A stretch of 64,000 bases of DNA from Minisyncoccota bacterium (GTDB lineage Bacteria; Patescibacteriota; Minisyncoccia; Phycocordibacterales; UBA9973): NCBI GenBank assembly GCA_041663005.1, contig JBAZRK010000002.1, positions 64,740 to 128,739 on the forward strand, given 5' to 3'. Shown here in pieces: positions 9,597-19,746 of the stretch. A program made the translations under genes and the position numbers. The notes beneath the pieces are model-generated. The model ran no database searches, was not told the origin of the DNA, and saw only the letters and a list, made by a program, of their open reading frames with translations. Every line of letters begins with the position of its first letter. Positions within the stretch are counted from its first letter, which is position 1.

Positions 9597-10312
9597 CCCC
9601 GAGGGTTCCCCTCGGGGGTTTGTGCTATAATGGAGTTATGGAAAGAAAAGCAAAATTTGAACTGGGAGAATTTTACCACGTTTATAATCGCGGTGTAGAG
9701 AAAAGGGTTATATTTAAGGGCAATCGCGACTATGATAGATTTCTGGTTTTACTGTACATTGCGAATAGCAACGAGGCCTTGCACATAAACGACTATGGGC
9801 CACTCCGTTCAATCAAGGATATTTTCCAAAAAGATCGCGGTAAACCTTTGGTGGCGATAGGAGCATATTGTCTAATGCCCAACCATTTTCATCTGCTACT
9901 TACTCCCCTGGTAGAAAATGGCATATCTAAGTTCATGCTCAAGCTTCAAACAGGCTACTCAATGTATTTTAATAAAAAGAATGATCGTGTGGGCGCTCTC
10001 TTTCAAGGAGTTTTTAAATCCCAACACATAGATAACGACAGATTTTTAAGATATATTTACGCTTATTTACATTTAAATCAGGCTAAGTTGAAAAATTCAG
10101 AATGGAAAAAACAACCTAAAAAATTTTTAAAAGAGTTAAAGAAATTCATTTCTGAGTACCCCTACTCAAGTTTACAAGAATATATATCTGGCGATTATAA
10201 AATCATAAATCCCAAACCTTTTCCGGTAAGTAGAAAATATATCCGTGATTATCGAAGTATGGTAGACGACTTTAGCGAAGAACCGCTTTCTCCCCGAGGG
10301 GAACCCTCGGGG
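9597..10312. mobile_element. REP-flanked HUH transposase unit
   Basis: 21-bp palindrome ccccgagggttcccctcgggg (9597-9617) and its exact inverse (10292-10312); degenerate copy 9569-9584. Confidence 0.75.
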
Positions 10313-10324
10313 GCTAAGAATTAA
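9638..10324 (+). CDS. Y1 HUH transposase, RAYT/IS200 TnpA-like (probable start ATG 9638)
   Basis: YHVYNRG, CLMPNHFHL (HUH), GALFQGVF, YLHLN, YPYSS; TGCTATAAT just upstream. Confidence 0.9.
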   Translation: MERKAKFELGEFYHVYNRGVEKRVIFKGNRDYDRFLVLLYIANSNEALHINDYGPLRSIKDIFQKDRGKPLVAIGAYCLMPNHFHLLLTPLVENGISKFMLKLQTGYSMYFNKKNDRVGALFQGVFKSQHIDNDRFLRYIYAYLHLNQAKLKNSEWKKQPKKFLKELKKFISEYPYSSLQEYISGDYKIINPKPFPVSRKYIRDYRSMVDDFSEEPLSPRGEPSGAKN

Positions 10325-11238
10325 ACCCCTAGCGCGTAGGCTAGGAGCGCCATGCGGACGTACATGCCATTTTTGGCCTGTCGGAAATAGCCAGCGCGGG
10401 GATCTTGGTCCACTTCGGTAGCTACTTCAAAAATTCTGGGCATGACGTGGAGAATGACCGATTTTTCTTTCATCTTTGCAAGCGTACTTTTGTCTATGTA
10501 AAAAGATTTCTTAAGGCGTTCATATTCCGCTTCATCGGTAAATCTTTCCTTGAAAACTCGGGCCATGTATAGCACGTCTATCTGGGGCAATACACTATCC
10601 ACTTTTTCCAATTCTTCGAATTTTATGCCGGCAGCTATGAGCTGGTCTTTGTAAATTTGCGGCAAAGCCAGTTCTTTGGGGCCAATAAAATAAAGCGTAA
10701 TATTTTTAAAAAGGCAGAATATCGGCACAAGCGAATGCACGTTGCGCTGATAGCGTAAGTCGGACATGAAGGCAATCTTGAGTCCGTCAATTTTGCCTAA
10801 TTCCTTTTCCATGGAGTACAGGTCATATAGCGCCTGCGTCGGATGTTCATTGTAGCCGTCGCCAGCGTTTATGACCGGAATGCCCGCGACAGCAGCCGCG
10901 CGTTCCGCCGCGCCGTTCTCCGGGTGACGCAAAACCAAGGCATCCGAATAACCGGCGATAATTTTTATTGTATCTTCCAGAGATTCCCCTTTGGACGCGG
11001 AAGATGTCTTCGGGTCCGCCATACTTATGACTCCTGCACCGAGTTTCTGCGCTCCGGATTCAAAGGAAAGACGAGTTCGGGTACTCGTTTCGAAAAAAAC
11101 CGTAGCGATTATTTTTCCGCTTAGCAGTTTGGGTACTTTCCCTTGCGCATCCAGGTCTTGCAGTTCCCTCGCCCTCGCAAATATTTTCTCAAGCAAACCT
11201 CTGTCCGCAAACTGCGCCCCTGTTAGAACGTGGTTCAT
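10321..11238 (-). CDS. pyrB: Aspartate carbamoyltransferase
   Basis: FFETSTRTRLSF, SKGESLEDT, HPTQ, YFRQAKNG. Confidence 0.95.
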   Translation of the reverse strand: MNHVLTGAQFADRGLLEKIFARARELQDLDAQGKVPKLLSGKIIATVFFETSTRTRLSFESGAQKLGAGVISMADPKTSSASKGESLEDTIKIIAGYSDALVLRHPENGAAERAAAVAGIPVINAGDGYNEHPTQALYDLYSMEKELGKIDGLKIAFMSDLRYQRNVHSLVPIFCLFKNITLYFIGPKELALPQIYKDQLIAAGIKFEELEKVDSVLPQIDVLYMARVFKERFTDEAEYERLKKSFYIDKSTLAKMKEKSVILHVMPRIFEVATEVDQDPRAGYFRQAKNGMYVRMALLAYALGV

Positions 11239-11247
11239 ATTTTTTAT

Positions 11248-14200
11248 TTATAAATATTCCTTATAAGATTTTATTTCCAAGTCTTCGACTTTATAACGGG
11301 CTAGCGCTTTAATAAAAGCTCTAGCGAGGTGCAGGTCGGTAAAGAGAGGCACTTGGTTGTCCACCGTTGCGCGACGAATATGGAAACCGTCAGTGAGCAT
11401 TCGGCCGGATTCTCCTTTGGCATCCGGATCGGCAACTTCCCTCTTGCTTAAATTTACCACAAAAGAAACTTTCTTGCCTTCAATGATACTTAGAGCGTTC
11501 GGCATTCCTTCAGACGCTTTACGTACCATCTGACATTGAATCTTCTGCTTGTCGAGGAATTCAGCAGTAGTGTCGGTTGCAAAAATATTGTAGCCTAGGT
11601 CGCGGAGGAGCCCTGCCGCTTCTAAGAATTTAGCCTTATTGACTTCTCCGCCGAGCGACAGAAGCACATTTTTATTTTTGAAGTCAAACTTATTGGTACT
11701 CATAATGGATTTTATGAGCGCTTCGTCATAGTCCTTGCCGAAACACGCCGCTTCTCCAGTAGAAGCCATCTCAACCCGAAGTACTGGGTCCGCCCCCAAG
11801 AGCCTAGCGAAGGAAAATTGCGGAGATTTGACTACCACGCTTTTTGGATACTCCACTCTTTGAGGCTTGGCAATTCCTAAGAAACTTTCAACCGAAACTT
11901 CCGGCAAATTAATATCCATTGCTTTAGAGAGTAGTGGAAACGTTCGGCTCGCGCGCGCATTCACTTCTATCACATATGGTCTATTGTCTTTAACTAAAAA
12001 TTGTATATTGAAGGGCCCTGTAATATTTAACCCTTTAGCTATTTTCTTAGAAATTTCGCGAATTTGAAATTCAGTAGAAGCATAAACTCGCTGGGTTGGG
12101 TACACAATCGTAGCATCTCCAGAGTGCACTCCTGCGTTCTCGACGTGTTCCGAAATAGCGTATACCATCACCTCTCCTTTCTGCGCCACAGCGTCAAATT
12201 CGAGCTCCTTGGCGTTCTCGACATATTTGGAGATTGTCACCGGGTGCTCCGGGGAAAGAACTGCCGCGTTGTTGATAAAATCATGCATCTGTCTTTTGGA
12301 ATAACACACTCGCATCGCCGCACCAGAAAGTACATAGGACGGACGCACTAAGACTGGAAAGCCCTCGATCTCTGCGAATTTTTCGGCATCTAGCTTGGAT
12401 ACGAAACTCTGCCATTTCGGTTGGAGTATCCCGAGTTTATCTAGAAGCGCCGAGAAGGCGTTCCTGTCTTCGGCTCGGTCAATGTCTTCAGCTTTCGTTC
12501 CTAAAATGTGAAAGCCGGTACCGGAAAGCTTTTTTGCCAGGTTGTTCGGGCGCTGTCCGCCGACAGAAATGATTGTGCCTTCGGGTTTTTCAAACATACA
12601 TATGTCGGCAACTGTTTCGAAAGACAAGTTTTCGAAATACAGACGGTTAGACATATCGTAATCCGTTGAAACTGTTTCTGGGTTGCAGTTGATGATGATG
12701 GATTTCTTGCCATATTTGCCAAGCGCCAGCGCCGTGTAAACCGAGGACCAGTCGAACTCCACTGAAGACCCGATGTGATACGGACCGGAACCTAGAACGA
12801 TAATCGCGTTCTTGCCCAAAGGCGCTACGTCGTGATGCGCACCGTGATAAGTCAGGTATAGGTAATTCGTTTTCGCGGGAACTTCTCCGGCTAAAGTATC
12901 GATAGCGAAAACAAACGGAGTCACTCCTAACTTTATACGAATCTTGCGAATTTCGAGTTCTTTTTTACCGCAAAGTTTCGCTATTTTCTTGTCAGAAAAT
13001 CCATTTTGCTTTAAGGCTAACAAGTTTTCTCGGTTTAATATTTTTGTTTTAAGAAACTTTTTTTCAACGTTGATGATATTTTGGATACGATACAAAAACC
13101 AAGGATCAATACCAGTAATTTTATAAATTTGTTCCACAGTTTTTCCGGTTTTGAGTGCCTCCGCAACGGCAAAGACTCGACGTGGAGTCGGCGTTTCAAG
13201 GAATTTATCTGCCTCGGCCTTATTTTGAAAACCATTATCGGTCACACTTTCTTCTGCTCCGCGCGCCATCCTGACAGCTTTCTCGAAAGCTTCTTCGAAG
13301 GTTCGCCCGATGGCCATTACTTCTCCGACAGATTTCATCGCGCTACCTATTCGCTCCGCTGCGCCTACGAATTTCGACAAATCCCATCGCGGCATTTTCA
13401 CTACGATGTAGTCGAGGGCCGGCTCGAAAAAGCTCTGGGTAACTTTCGTAATTTTATTTTCCACTCCTAGTAAACTATGTCCCAACGCCAATTTCGCCGC
13501 TACGTAGGCTAGAGGATACCCTGTGGCCTTCGATGCCAGGGCGCTTGAGCGTGAGAGGCGGGCGTTAACTTCAATCACGTAGTAATCCGGGTCGTCGGAC
13601 TTGGGGTTCGGGTTTAAGGCATATTGCACATTGCATTCCCCTACAATTTTTAAACTCTCTACTATTTTAATGCTGGCTTCGCGAAGACGATGATATTCTT
13701 CGTTGTTGAGGGTCTGACTCGGCGCCACAACGATGGAGTCCCCGGTGTGAATACCAAGCGGATCGAGGTTCTCCATATTGCAAACGGTGACAATGTTGCC
13801 GAAGCTATCGCGCACAACTTCATACTCAACTTCTTTAAAGTGGTGGAGATATTTTTCAATCAATACTTGCGGAGACACCGCCAGCGCGCCCTTAACTATT
13901 TCTTCAAGCTCAGTGTTGTTATAAGCGACGCCGGATTTCTGTCCCCCGAGGGCGAAAGCTGCACGCACCATTAACGGGAAGCCGATTCTATCTGCAATCT
14001 CTTTCGCTTGAGTAAAGTTAACAGCCGCCCCGGAGGCCGGTACTGGAATATTGATACCTTTCAAATGGTGAGCAAATTTTTCGCGGTCTTCGGTAAGTTC
14101 AATCGAGGAAATAGGGCTACCTAAAATTTCTGCATTGTATTTTTTGAAAACTCCCTTGTGCGAAAGCGCTACCCCGCAGTTAAGCGCTGTCTGTCCGCCA

Positions 14201-14526
14201 AAAGAAAGCATTATGCCGTCGGGGCGTTCCTTTTTAATGACTTGCTCCACGAAAAAAGGCTCCACCGGCAAGAAATAAACTTCGTCGGCAAAATCTTTCG
14301 AGGTTTGATAAGTGGCGATATTCGGGTTTATCAAAACCACTTTAATCTTTTCTTCTTTCAGGGCTTTAATGGCCTGACTACCGGAATAATCAAATTCCCC
14401 TGCCTCGCCGATTTTGAGCGCCCCCGACCCTAGTATGAGAACTTTTTTAAAAGCCGACGCTTTCGGTCGGCTCCCCGACCTTTGGGAGCGTCGGGGTTTA
14501 TTAGGTTTTTTATTTTCTTTTTGCAT
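11248..14526 (-). CDS. carB: Carbamoyl-phosphate synthase large subunit
   Basis: GEFDYSGSQA, two ATP-grasp domains, NCNPETVSTDYD, MGS domain. Confidence 0.97.
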   Translation of the reverse strand: MQKENKKPNKPRRSQRSGSRPKASAFKKVLILGSGALKIGEAGEFDYSGSQAIKALKEEKIKVVLINPNIATYQTSKDFADEVYFLPVEPFFVEQVIKKERPDGIMLSFGGQTALNCGVALSHKGVFKKYNAEILGSPISSIELTEDREKFAHHLKGINIPVPASGAAVNFTQAKEIADRIGFPLMVRAAFALGGQKSGVAYNNTELEEIVKGALAVSPQVLIEKYLHHFKEVEYEVVRDSFGNIVTVCNMENLDPLGIHTGDSIVVAPSQTLNNEEYHRLREASIKIVESLKIVGECNVQYALNPNPKSDDPDYYVIEVNARLSRSSALASKATGYPLAYVAAKLALGHSLLGVENKITKVTQSFFEPALDYIVVKMPRWDLSKFVGAAERIGSAMKSVGEVMAIGRTFEEAFEKAVRMARGAEESVTDNGFQNKAEADKFLETPTPRRVFAVAEALKTGKTVEQIYKITGIDPWFLYRIQNIINVEKKFLKTKILNRENLLALKQNGFSDKKIAKLCGKKELEIRKIRIKLGVTPFVFAIDTLAGEVPAKTNYLYLTYHGAHHDVAPLGKNAIIVLGSGPYHIGSSVEFDWSSVYTALALGKYGKKSIIINCNPETVSTDYDMSNRLYFENLSFETVADICMFEKPEGTIISVGGQRPNNLAKKLSGTGFHILGTKAEDIDRAEDRNAFSALLDKLGILQPKWQSFVSKLDAEKFAEIEGFPVLVRPSYVLSGAAMRVCYSKRQMHDFINNAAVLSPEHPVTISKYVENAKELEFDAVAQKGEVMVYAISEHVENAGVHSGDATIVYPTQRVYASTEFQIREISKKIAKGLNITGPFNIQFLVKDNRPYVIEVNARASRTFPLLSKAMDINLPEVSVESFLGIAKPQRVEYPKSVVVKSPQFSFARLLGADPVLRVEMASTGEAACFGKDYDEALIKSIMSTNKFDFKNKNVLLSLGGEVNKAKFLEAAGLLRDLGYNIFATDTTAEFLDKQKIQCQMVRKASEGMPNALSIIEGKKVSFVVNLSKREVADPDAKGESGRMLTDGFHIRRATVDNQVPLFTDLHLARAFIKALARYKVEDLEIKSYKEYL
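14452..14496. repeat. Family A element in frame in carB N-terminus
   Basis: Reverse complement ccccgacgctcccaaaggtcggggagccgaccgaaagcgtcggct, read as PRRSQRSGSRPKASA. Confidence 0.85.
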
Positions 14527-15571
14527 ATATTTTGGCTTTTTTTAGAAAATAATCGAATATCCAGTCAGTGTCGAGGGGTCCTGGAGAAGATTCTGGGTGA
14601 AACTGTACTGCCATAAAAGGCAGGCTCGTGTGAATTATCCCTTCGTTCGTGCCATCGTTTCCATTTACGAACCACTCCTTGAAACCTTTTGGGATTTTCT
14701 TTACTGCAAAGCCGTGATTCTGGGTTGAGAGATAACATTTGTTGCTGCCCGCGAGCACCACTGGCTGATTTTGGCTTCTGTGTCCGAATTTCATTTTGTA
14801 GGTAGTACCTCCTAGCGCTAGGGCTAGGATTTGATTGCCTAAGCAAATACCAAGTGTAGGGATTTTCTTGGCGATTATTTTTTTCACATTCTGAATGGTG
14901 GTCTGGGCCATCTTTGGGTCCCCTGGGCCGTTCGAAATTACTACCGCCTTGAATGGAAATTCGAGTCTGGTTACGTCTGTGTCGAGAGGTACCACTGCCA
15001 CCCGGAAACCTCTAGCGGTCAGCCTGCGCACGATGTTCCTTTTCGCCCCACAGTCTATGAGAACGATTGTGTTTTTGCCTTTGCCCTCGAAGCTTACTTT
15101 CTTAACGCTAACTTCTTGCGCCAGATTTCTTAAATTGGGATCTTCGAAAGAGATATTTTTTGTGTTCGTTAAAATTTTTCCTAAAATAGCACCCTCGTCT
15201 CTAATTTTCTGCGTTATCGCCCGCGTATCTTTAATTTCAATAAGAGGCACTCCTTCTTTCTTAAACCACTCCGCTAGGGTTGACTTCATTGCGTAGTGTG
15301 ACGGAGTGTCGACATAGCTCGACACAATGAGCCCAGAGACCTGAATCTTGTCGGACTCCCACAATTCCTTCCTCGGCACGCCGTAGTTACCAACGATCGG
15401 GTAAGTCATAACTAAAATCTGCCCCCGAAAAGAGGGGTCCGTCAGCGCTTCAGGGTAACCTACCATCCCCGTGGCAAAGACCACCTCCCCGGCAATCGAT
15501 TTATCTGCCCCGAAACTCTTACCTTCGAAAGTTGTACCGTCTTTGAGAATAAGTTTTGCTTTTTTGTTCAT
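14510..15571 (-). CDS. carA: Carbamoyl-phosphate synthase small subunit
   Basis: GEVVFATG, SNGPGDP, GICLG, QFHPE. Confidence 0.97.
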   Translation of the reverse strand: MNKKAKLILKDGTTFEGKSFGADKSIAGEVVFATGMVGYPEALTDPSFRGQILVMTYPIVGNYGVPRKELWESDKIQVSGLIVSSYVDTPSHYAMKSTLAEWFKKEGVPLIEIKDTRAITQKIRDEGAILGKILTNTKNISFEDPNLRNLAQEVSVKKVSFEGKGKNTIVLIDCGAKRNIVRRLTARGFRVAVVPLDTDVTRLEFPFKAVVISNGPGDPKMAQTTIQNVKKIIAKKIPTLGICLGNQILALALGGTTYKMKFGHRSQNQPVVLAGSNKCYLSTQNHGFAVKKIPKGFKEWFVNGNDGTNEGIIHTSLPFMAVQFHPESSPGPLDTDWIFDYFLKKAKIYAKRK

Positions 15572-16810
15572 TTATTTTTTATAAACTTCTTGCCCCTTAC
15601 CGAACTTGTTCTGGTATGGGGTACCTTTAATTATAGTCATCACCACGCTCCCTGGAAAGGTCACTCCTTCGAATGGCGACCAGCCACATTTGGTCTTAAG
15701 CATCTTCTTGTCCACGGTAATACTTTTACTCATATCTAAAATGGTAAGCGACCCCGCATATCCTTCTTCGATTTTGCCAATTTTTTCTCCAGTAAACACA
15801 TCCCAAAACTTGCCCGGGTTTTCTGCACACACTCGCGCTACTTCTTCTCCATTAAAATTATGCTCTTTTATTAGCCAAGTTGCGAAGAGGCCATAAGTAT
15901 CTAGGTGCGGCAATCCTGAAACTCCTTTCGTCTTCTCTTCTCGAGTATGGGGTGCGTGATCTGTGGCGAGGTAGTCGATCTGCCCGCTTTTCAAGGCAGC
16001 AATTAATGCTTTTCTGTTTTCTTCGTCCCGTATTGGTGGGTTTACTTGTAAAATTTTATCTGCATTAGAAAAGTATAAATGGTGCGGGGCAACTTCTACG
16101 GTTACATTTACACCGCGCGCTTTTGCCTCAAGTATTTTTTGCAATCCTTCCCGGGTAGATACGTGGCAAATTTTTCCAAAAATTTTGTATTTTTCAATAA
16201 GTTTAAGCGCGAACTCGATACCTGCCCATTCGGCTTCCGGTGGTCTGCGCAACTCGTGAGTTTTCTCTCCCGTTTTTGCCGCTAGGACTTCCGGGTCTTC
16301 GGCATGAAAGCTCACATATTGGCCTGAATAATTTTTTAGGGTTTCTTCGAGCTCAGTCTTGGTTTCGAAAAACAAATCCCCCACCGACTTACCCATAAAA
16401 ACTTTATACGGTACTTTCCGGGAAAGTGGCTCCGTGCCTCGGCCGATCCCTCCGTACAACAGCACTTCCACCGCGCTTTTTTCTGTAAGTTTCGTTTTGG
16501 CTCCATAGCTTATGTCGTCTTTTGGTGGAATGGGATTATTTGGCATTTCAGCAAAAGCCACTACCCCACCGTTTATTGCCGCCTCGCCTGCGGTTTTGAA
16601 ATCTTCTTTGTAATCTTCGGTATGACTTGCGTCTTCTCGCGCATGAACGTGCAAATCTATGAAACCCGGGAAAATTAATTCCTCGCCAAAAATAAAATCG
16701 GCTTCCCCAGTCGGAGAGCCGATTTTATTTATCATTCCGCTTTGGTCAATTTCTATCCGTCCGCGGAAAACTTTGTTGTTTTTTATAATATTTCCTTCTA
16801 GTGTAAGCAT
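15572..16810 (-). CDS. pyrC: Dihydroorotase (probable start ATG 16810)
   Basis: DLHVHAR, EMPN, EVAPHHL, NPPIR, TDHAPH, KCGWSPF. Confidence 0.9.
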   Translation of the reverse strand: MLTLEGNIIKNNKVFRGRIEIDQSGMINKIGSPTGEADFIFGEELIFPGFIDLHVHAREDASHTEDYKEDFKTAGEAAINGGVVAFAEMPNNPIPPKDDISYGAKTKLTEKSAVEVLLYGGIGRGTEPLSRKVPYKVFMGKSVGDLFFETKTELEETLKNYSGQYVSFHAEDPEVLAAKTGEKTHELRRPPEAEWAGIEFALKLIEKYKIFGKICHVSTREGLQKILEAKARGVNVTVEVAPHHLYFSNADKILQVNPPIRDEENRKALIAALKSGQIDYLATDHAPHTREEKTKGVSGLPHLDTYGLFATWLIKEHNFNGEEVARVCAENPGKFWDVFTGEKIGKIEEGYAGSLTILDMSKSITVDKKMLKTKCGWSPFEGVTFPGSVVMTIIKGTPYQNKFGKGQEVYKK

Positions 16811-16935
16811 ATCTTCATTACGCACATTGCAGAGTATAGTATCACGTCAAAATTTAAATGCAAGCTTATTAACATACTCCGACACTGAAAATTTTCACAC
16901 TTGAAAACGGCTTAGAAAAGAGTATAATTCCATTT

Positions 16936-17541
16936 ATGTTAATACCTACAGTAATAGAGAAAAGTCAGTTTGGCGAAAGGGCTTATGATATTTACTCCCG
17001 ACTCTTGCGCGAACGCATTATATTCCTTGGCGGGCCCATAGACGACCACACTGCCAACATCGTAATAGCCCAGCTTCTCTTCCTCGAATCCGAAGACGCT
17101 AAGAAGGACATTTACCTGTATGTTAACTCTCCGGGCGGTTCTGTAACCTCCACAATGGCTATAGTAGACACGATGAACCACGTCCGCCCTGACGTAGCCA
17201 CTTTCTGCGTAGGTCTCGCTGCTTCCGGCGGAGCTATCATTCTGTCCGCGGGGAAAAAGGGTAAGCGATTTATTCTACCCAACGCTGAAGTTATGATTCA
17301 CCAGCCCCTCGGCGGTGTAGAAGGCCAAGCCTCCGATATTGCCATTACCGCGAAGCACATTTTGAAAACGCGCGACAATTTAAACAAACTCTTAGCGAAA
17401 AATACCGGCAAGTCGCTTGCTCAGATTGAGAAAGACGTAGAGCGCGACTTCTTTATGGATGCCGAAGAAGCGAAAAAATACGGCATCATCGACGAAATAG
17501 TCACCAAGTCCAAGAATCCGGCGAAAAAGCAGGCCGAATAA
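16936..17541 (+). CDS. clpP: ATP-dependent Clp protease proteolytic subunit
   Basis: DIYSRLL, NSPGG, GLAAS, MIHQP. Confidence 0.97.
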   Translation: MLIPTVIEKSQFGERAYDIYSRLLRERIIFLGGPIDDHTANIVIAQLLFLESEDAKKDIYLYVNSPGGSVTSTMAIVDTMNHVRPDVATFCVGLAASGGAIILSAGKKGKRFILPNAEVMIHQPLGGVEGQASDIAITAKHILKTRDNLNKLLAKNTGKSLAQIEKDVERDFFMDAEEAKKYGIIDEIVTKSKNPAKKQAE

Positions 17542-17762
17542 GCTCATCCATTCTCTCCCCTAGACAGGAAGGCACCTTTCTGTTATATTGAATGTGTTCG
17601 AATTTAAATTTTATTTCATTTAATTTAAGTCGTTTTACAGGAATATCCAATATATTATGAAGTTTTCAAGACAAATTATGGGAAGTCAGTTTGAAATCTT
17701 TAATCTAGGGAGGGAAAAATCGCAAATATAGTGGCTCGTTCTTGTAAGCCGGCACAAGGCTT

Positions 17763-19289
17763 ATGAGCATAATAATAATTTTGATAGGAGTCGGGGTACT
17801 CCTTTTGGGCGTTGTGATAGGTTACTACCTGCGCCTTTTAGTAGCACTCGGTAAGCGACGATCCATCGAGCTTGATATCAAGCAGATGATGGTTGGCGCC
17901 AAGGAAGAAGCGCAGAGAATCACGGATGAGGCCAAGAAAAAGTCCGATGAGCTGCTTTCTAATTTAAAAGAAGAAGAGAAAAAGAAAACCGACGAATGGC
18001 GTGACACTGAGAAACGTCTCGTAAAAAAAGACGAATTTTTGGATGCGCGACAAGTAGAAATCAATAAAGAAGCAGAAGACATAAAGTTCAAGGTTGAAGA
18101 AATCAAAAAAGTTCAGGAGAAGATAAATAAAATCGAAGGAGAAAAGATAGCCGAGCTCGAGAGAGTGGCAAAGTTAACGGAAGCAGAAGCCAAGGAAGAA
18201 CTCATTAAGGACGTTGAGAAGAAATACGAAGAGGATTTGGTTGTGCGTCTGCAGAAACTCGAGAACCAGAGCGACGAGAAGCTGGATCGCCGAGCTAAGG
18301 AAATCCTGGCTACTTCTATCCAGCGCCTGGCAGCTTCCACCGCAGCGGAGCTTATGACTACCGTGGTTTCTATCCCTAACAATGAAATCAAGGGTAAGAT
18401 TATCGGTAAAGAAGGCAGGAACATCCGTGCCTTCGAACGCGCCTCCGGCGTTGAGCTCATTGTGGATGATACTCCAGGCTCTATCGTCATATCTTCTTTC
18501 GACCCTATCAGGAGACAGGTGGCCCGCTTTGCCCTTGAGAACTTAATCCTCGACGGACGCATCCAGCCTGCCAAGATTGAAGAGCTAGTAGACAAGGCAA
18601 AAGAAGAAATAAACAAAATCATAAAAGAAAAAGGTGAACAGGCAGTCTACGAGTGCGGAATATTTAACTTCGACCCTCGCATAGTTGCCATCATCGGCCG
18701 TCTATACTTCCGAACCAGCTACGGACAGAACGTGCTCCAGCACTCTACTGAAATGGCTCACATCGCCGGGATGATTGCAGAGGAGTTAGGTGCTGATGTA
18801 CAGATTGCGAAAGCCGGCGCCTTGGTCCACGACATAGGTAAAGCGCTAGACCACGAAGTACAAGGAACTCACGTAGAGATTGGTATGCGCATACTTCAGA
18901 AATTCGGAGCTGACCCTCGCATTGTAACCGCGATGAAGTCGCACCACGAAGATTATCCTTACGAAACTATCGAGTCCATCATAGTCCAGACAGCCGATGC
19001 CATCTCGGGAGGCCGTCCTGGAGCCCGCCGTGACTCTGTAGAGAACTATCTTAAGAGATTGCAGGAGCTTGAAGCTCTGGTAAACACCTTCCCTTCTGTC
19101 GAGAAGTCGTACGCCCTACAGGCTGGGCGTGAAATCCGAATATTCGTTACTCCAGAGAAAATTACCGACGCTGAAGCCAAGCTTATGGCGCGAGATATCG
19201 CAATAAAAATTGAACAAGAATTGAAATATCCAGGTGAAATCAAAGTCACCCTCATCCGCGAAACCAGAATTGTAGAATACGCGAGATAA
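17763..19289 (+). CDS. rny: Ribonuclease Y
   Basis: N-terminal TM, coiled coil, KH (IIGKEGRNIR), HD domain (LVHDIGK), RPGAR. Confidence 0.97.
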   Translation: MSIIIILIGVGVLLLGVVIGYYLRLLVALGKRRSIELDIKQMMVGAKEEAQRITDEAKKKSDELLSNLKEEEKKKTDEWRDTEKRLVKKDEFLDARQVEINKEAEDIKFKVEEIKKVQEKINKIEGEKIAELERVAKLTEAEAKEELIKDVEKKYEEDLVVRLQKLENQSDEKLDRRAKEILATSIQRLAASTAAELMTTVVSIPNNEIKGKIIGKEGRNIRAFERASGVELIVDDTPGSIVISSFDPIRRQVARFALENLILDGRIQPAKIEELVDKAKEEINKIIKEKGEQAVYECGIFNFDPRIVAIIGRLYFRTSYGQNVLQHSTEMAHIAGMIAEELGADVQIAKAGALVHDIGKALDHEVQGTHVEIGMRILQKFGADPRIVTAMKSHHEDYPYETIESIIVQTADAISGGRPGARRDSVENYLKRLQELEALVNTFPSVEKSYALQAGREIRIFVTPEKITDAEAKLMARDIAIKIEQELKYPGEIKVTLIRETRIVEYAR

Positions 19290-19420
19290 AAATCCTTAAC
19301 TTTGAGTTGCTTGCCTTAAAAAACCCTTGATATATAATGTATAGGTAGTAATTATAAGGTTTAAAGGCCGCCGCTAAGCGGGGCGAAGGTCGAGGAAATT
19401 ATTAAATAACTAAACAATAT

Positions 19421-19693
19421 ATGAATAAACAAGCATTAGCAGAATGGGTACATGGAAAGCTGGGCGGCACGAAAGTGCAGGCAGAGGAAGTTGTAGATGG
19501 AATGTTTGACGCTATCATCCAGACCTTGAAAAAGGGTGGTGAAGTATCTATTGCAGGCTTCGGAATCTTTTCCGTTAAGCAACGAGCCGCAAGAATGGCT
19601 CGCAATCCTAAGACTGGCGAGCAAGTTAAGGTTGCTGCGAAGAAAGTTCCTAAATTCCGACCAGCAAAAGGCCTCAAGGACGCTATCAGCTAA
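19421..19693 (+). CDS. hup: HU DNA-binding protein
   Basis: GFGIF, ARNPKTGE, PKFRPAKGLKD. Confidence 0.95.
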   Translation: MNKQALAEWVHGKLGGTKVQAEEVVDGMFDAIIQTLKKGGEVSIAGFGIFSVKQRAARMARNPKTGEQVKVAAKKVPKFRPAKGLKDAIS

Positions 19694-19715
19694 ATTTTTA
19701 TCTCGAGATAAAACT

Positions 19716-19741
19716 AAAAAATCCCCGCTTGGGGATTTTTT
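19716..19741. terminator. Bidirectional terminator between hup and lexA
   Basis: aaaaatcccc-gctt-ggggattttt. Confidence 0.75.
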
Positions 19742-19746
19742 GTTGA

